A DNA stretch of 64,000 bases, taken from an uncultured Heliomicrobium sp. GTDB lineage: Bacteria; Acidobacteriota; Blastocatellia; RBC074. Location of the stretch: contig CAZMXG010000007.1 in the NCBI GenBank assembly GCA_964570175.1, positions 2,109 to 66,108 of the forward strand, read 5' to 3'. Each line of letters begins with the position of its first letter. Position 1 is the first letter of the stretch. Both the position numbers and the translations under genes were made by a program. Positions 63,801 through 64,000 of this stretch are shown here, piece by piece. The notes beneath the pieces are model-generated. The model was not told the DNA's origin, made no database searches, and was given only the letters and a program-made list of their open reading frames with translations.

Positions 63801-64000
63801 GTCGTAACCGTAGCTGGTTACTTTGTTGCGCTTGTCGGTGTAACTGGTGACCTGACTGAGCACCGGATCGTAGCTGCTGGCCGGGCTGAAGGAGCGGTAC
63901 TGCCAGCTTTCGGTTTGACCCAACCGGTCTTTCACCGTCAGGACGTTGCCGCGATTGTCGTAAGTCTTTTCGGTTTCCGGACAACCGCAAGGCCCCGTAC
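60816..64000 (-). CDS. RHS / YD-repeat polymorphic toxin (partial; N-terminus beyond window end) with Hint domain and C-terminal toxin tip
   Basis: Dozens of YD repeats (YDxxGRL, TYQYDxxGN...). RHS core terminal motif DPIGLAGRDTNLYSYVYNSPTNLFDPIGL. Hydrophobic linker. Hint module CFVAGTKVQTPDG...VLVHNQ. About 105-aa tip. The listed start at 63935 is a GTG and the reading frame stays open to 63990 (KTYDNRGNVLTV...), so the gene continues upstream of the window. Confidence 0.85.
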   Translation of the reverse strand, partial: TGPCGCPETEKTYDNRGNVLTVKDRLGQTESWQYRSFSPASSYDPVLSQVTSYTDKRNKVTSYGYDTVSSNTITPKGNLVSVTNALNQTTAYAYDSLGRLAAITDGLNHATSYGYDVNGYIISHTDALNHSTTFQYDLAGNLLLVTDPLGRQTRMRYDNLDRVLNVRKPVNDPVNETGNPTYSYTYDENDNRLSVTDANLKTWTFTYDAKNHLVTGKRPLNESNDKPYKWEYDAADQLVKVIAASGRTMRYSYDARGQQQTITDGLGNIINLIYDHRGNVISLKDQRNNTLTFGYDELFRLTSRSDPLGRKVTAEYDPVGNVIARTDRMGRRTTVSYDNINRPVTVTYADATVTYQYDTAGRPTSIGDANGAITWQYDNANRLTSETTPLGVVSYSYNNANQRNSMTAADRLPVAYGYDTFGRLQTISQGSETFTYGYDTLSRRTSLQRPNNVTTAFLYDEVSRLKRLTHTNASTTLEDLQYEFNLDNEINKVTSLASALATPQSKTATSADAANRIGQFGAANYSFNQEGQTTSKIDASGTTGYQWDARGRLTRATLPNGQTADYGYDATGRRISSSVNGTTTTYQYDGLETVIDRSNGSAVDYLNGASIDDKLRQSDSTWGTMYFLQDHLGSTLGLTNAAGGLVESLQQYDAFGASAGSVRTRYGFTGRERDVATGLMHYRARWYDPQQGRFLSEDPIGLAGRDTNLYSYVYNSPTNLFDPIGLQGWGREEWGEFGRSAAESAYVAGGMSLMMIELAPLFPVAIPVIGVTLAVVGVVQLARALRRWNQMCEIERAGLLGGLLGGFLGGRFGSRYPANYCFVAGTKVQTPDGEKSIEDIKVGDKVLSSDPEQGENGSVVRVQKVVQVFERTATEVVDIRIGKETITATPEHPFWVIGKGWVAAGQLEQGSQLLTKNTTVAKVDSIKRRSGEFKVYNFEVAEAHTYYVSTLSVLVHNQCKYNGPPLYRGGPELNSPRPGIDIKVKNGMVQPGKGMSVNQNPNDPNIIKYGGPYKIDLNTVSPELEIFPKGSPGHYEIGPQSPMTLERFIDLLSLIKLIPF

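Noticed and set aside
63715-63990. 91-aa minus-strand ORF at the window edge
   Set aside because: It is out of frame inside the RHS gene. The in-frame RHS reading frame is open through 63990 (KTYDNRGNVLTV...), so this small ORF is a by-product of it.

Overview
This 64 kb window looks like a chromosomal segment from an Acidobacteria-type genome, read by eye from the sequence and the ORF track. It is densely coding, moderately GC-rich, and carries two secreted proteins with a Solibacter/Acidobacteria-type C-terminal domain and many FGE-sulfatase, PEGA, TolB-propeller and zinc-ribbon architectures.

Most of 5-27 kb is housekeeping. The calls there are thiE, msrPQ, rnhB, a ThrE-family exporter, tatD, yajQ, a polyprenyl synthase, a MurU-like/AmgK-like pair, kptA, asnS, arginase and ddl.

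The accessory-looking parts are:
- 0-5 kb: two tandem FGE-domain paralogs plus an outer-membrane barrel, then a cohesin/Soli_cterm protein.
- 27-34 kb: a FecR-like Trp-rich protein with a Pro/Ser tandem-repeat tail, a second Soli_cterm protein, a hydrolase, a winged-helix methyltransferase and small secreted proteins.
- 34-46 kb: a CadC-like regulator fused to a beta-propeller with an upstream direct-repeat array, and a nucleoside/amino-sugar cluster. This stretch also holds a redox/ion cluster, including a CPA2 antiporter fused to TrkA and a UBP-type zinc finger.
- 46-53 kb: an XRE-cupin regulator beside an SDR and a divergent QueA-like gene, a KdpD-C-terminal-type two-component pair, and an ECF sigma/anti-sigma unit with a secreted protein.
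- 53-58 kb: a GT2 processive glycosyltransferase followed by three paralogous zinc-ribbon membrane proteins (one DUF4190) and a DUF2752 protein.
- 60-64 kb: a large RHS/YD-repeat polymorphic toxin running off the window edge. It has a Hint domain and an AT-rich, unrecognised C-terminal tip, and is followed 9 bp later by a candidate immunity gene.

I found no rRNA, tRNA, CRISPR array, transposase or integrase. My best candidates for undescribed biology are the RHS-Hint toxin tip with its immunity gene, the zinc-ribbon/DUF4190/DUF2752 gene array beside the GT2, and the CYTH-MurU-AmgK-KptA operon.

All domain assignments come from motif recognition by eye and need profile searches to confirm.
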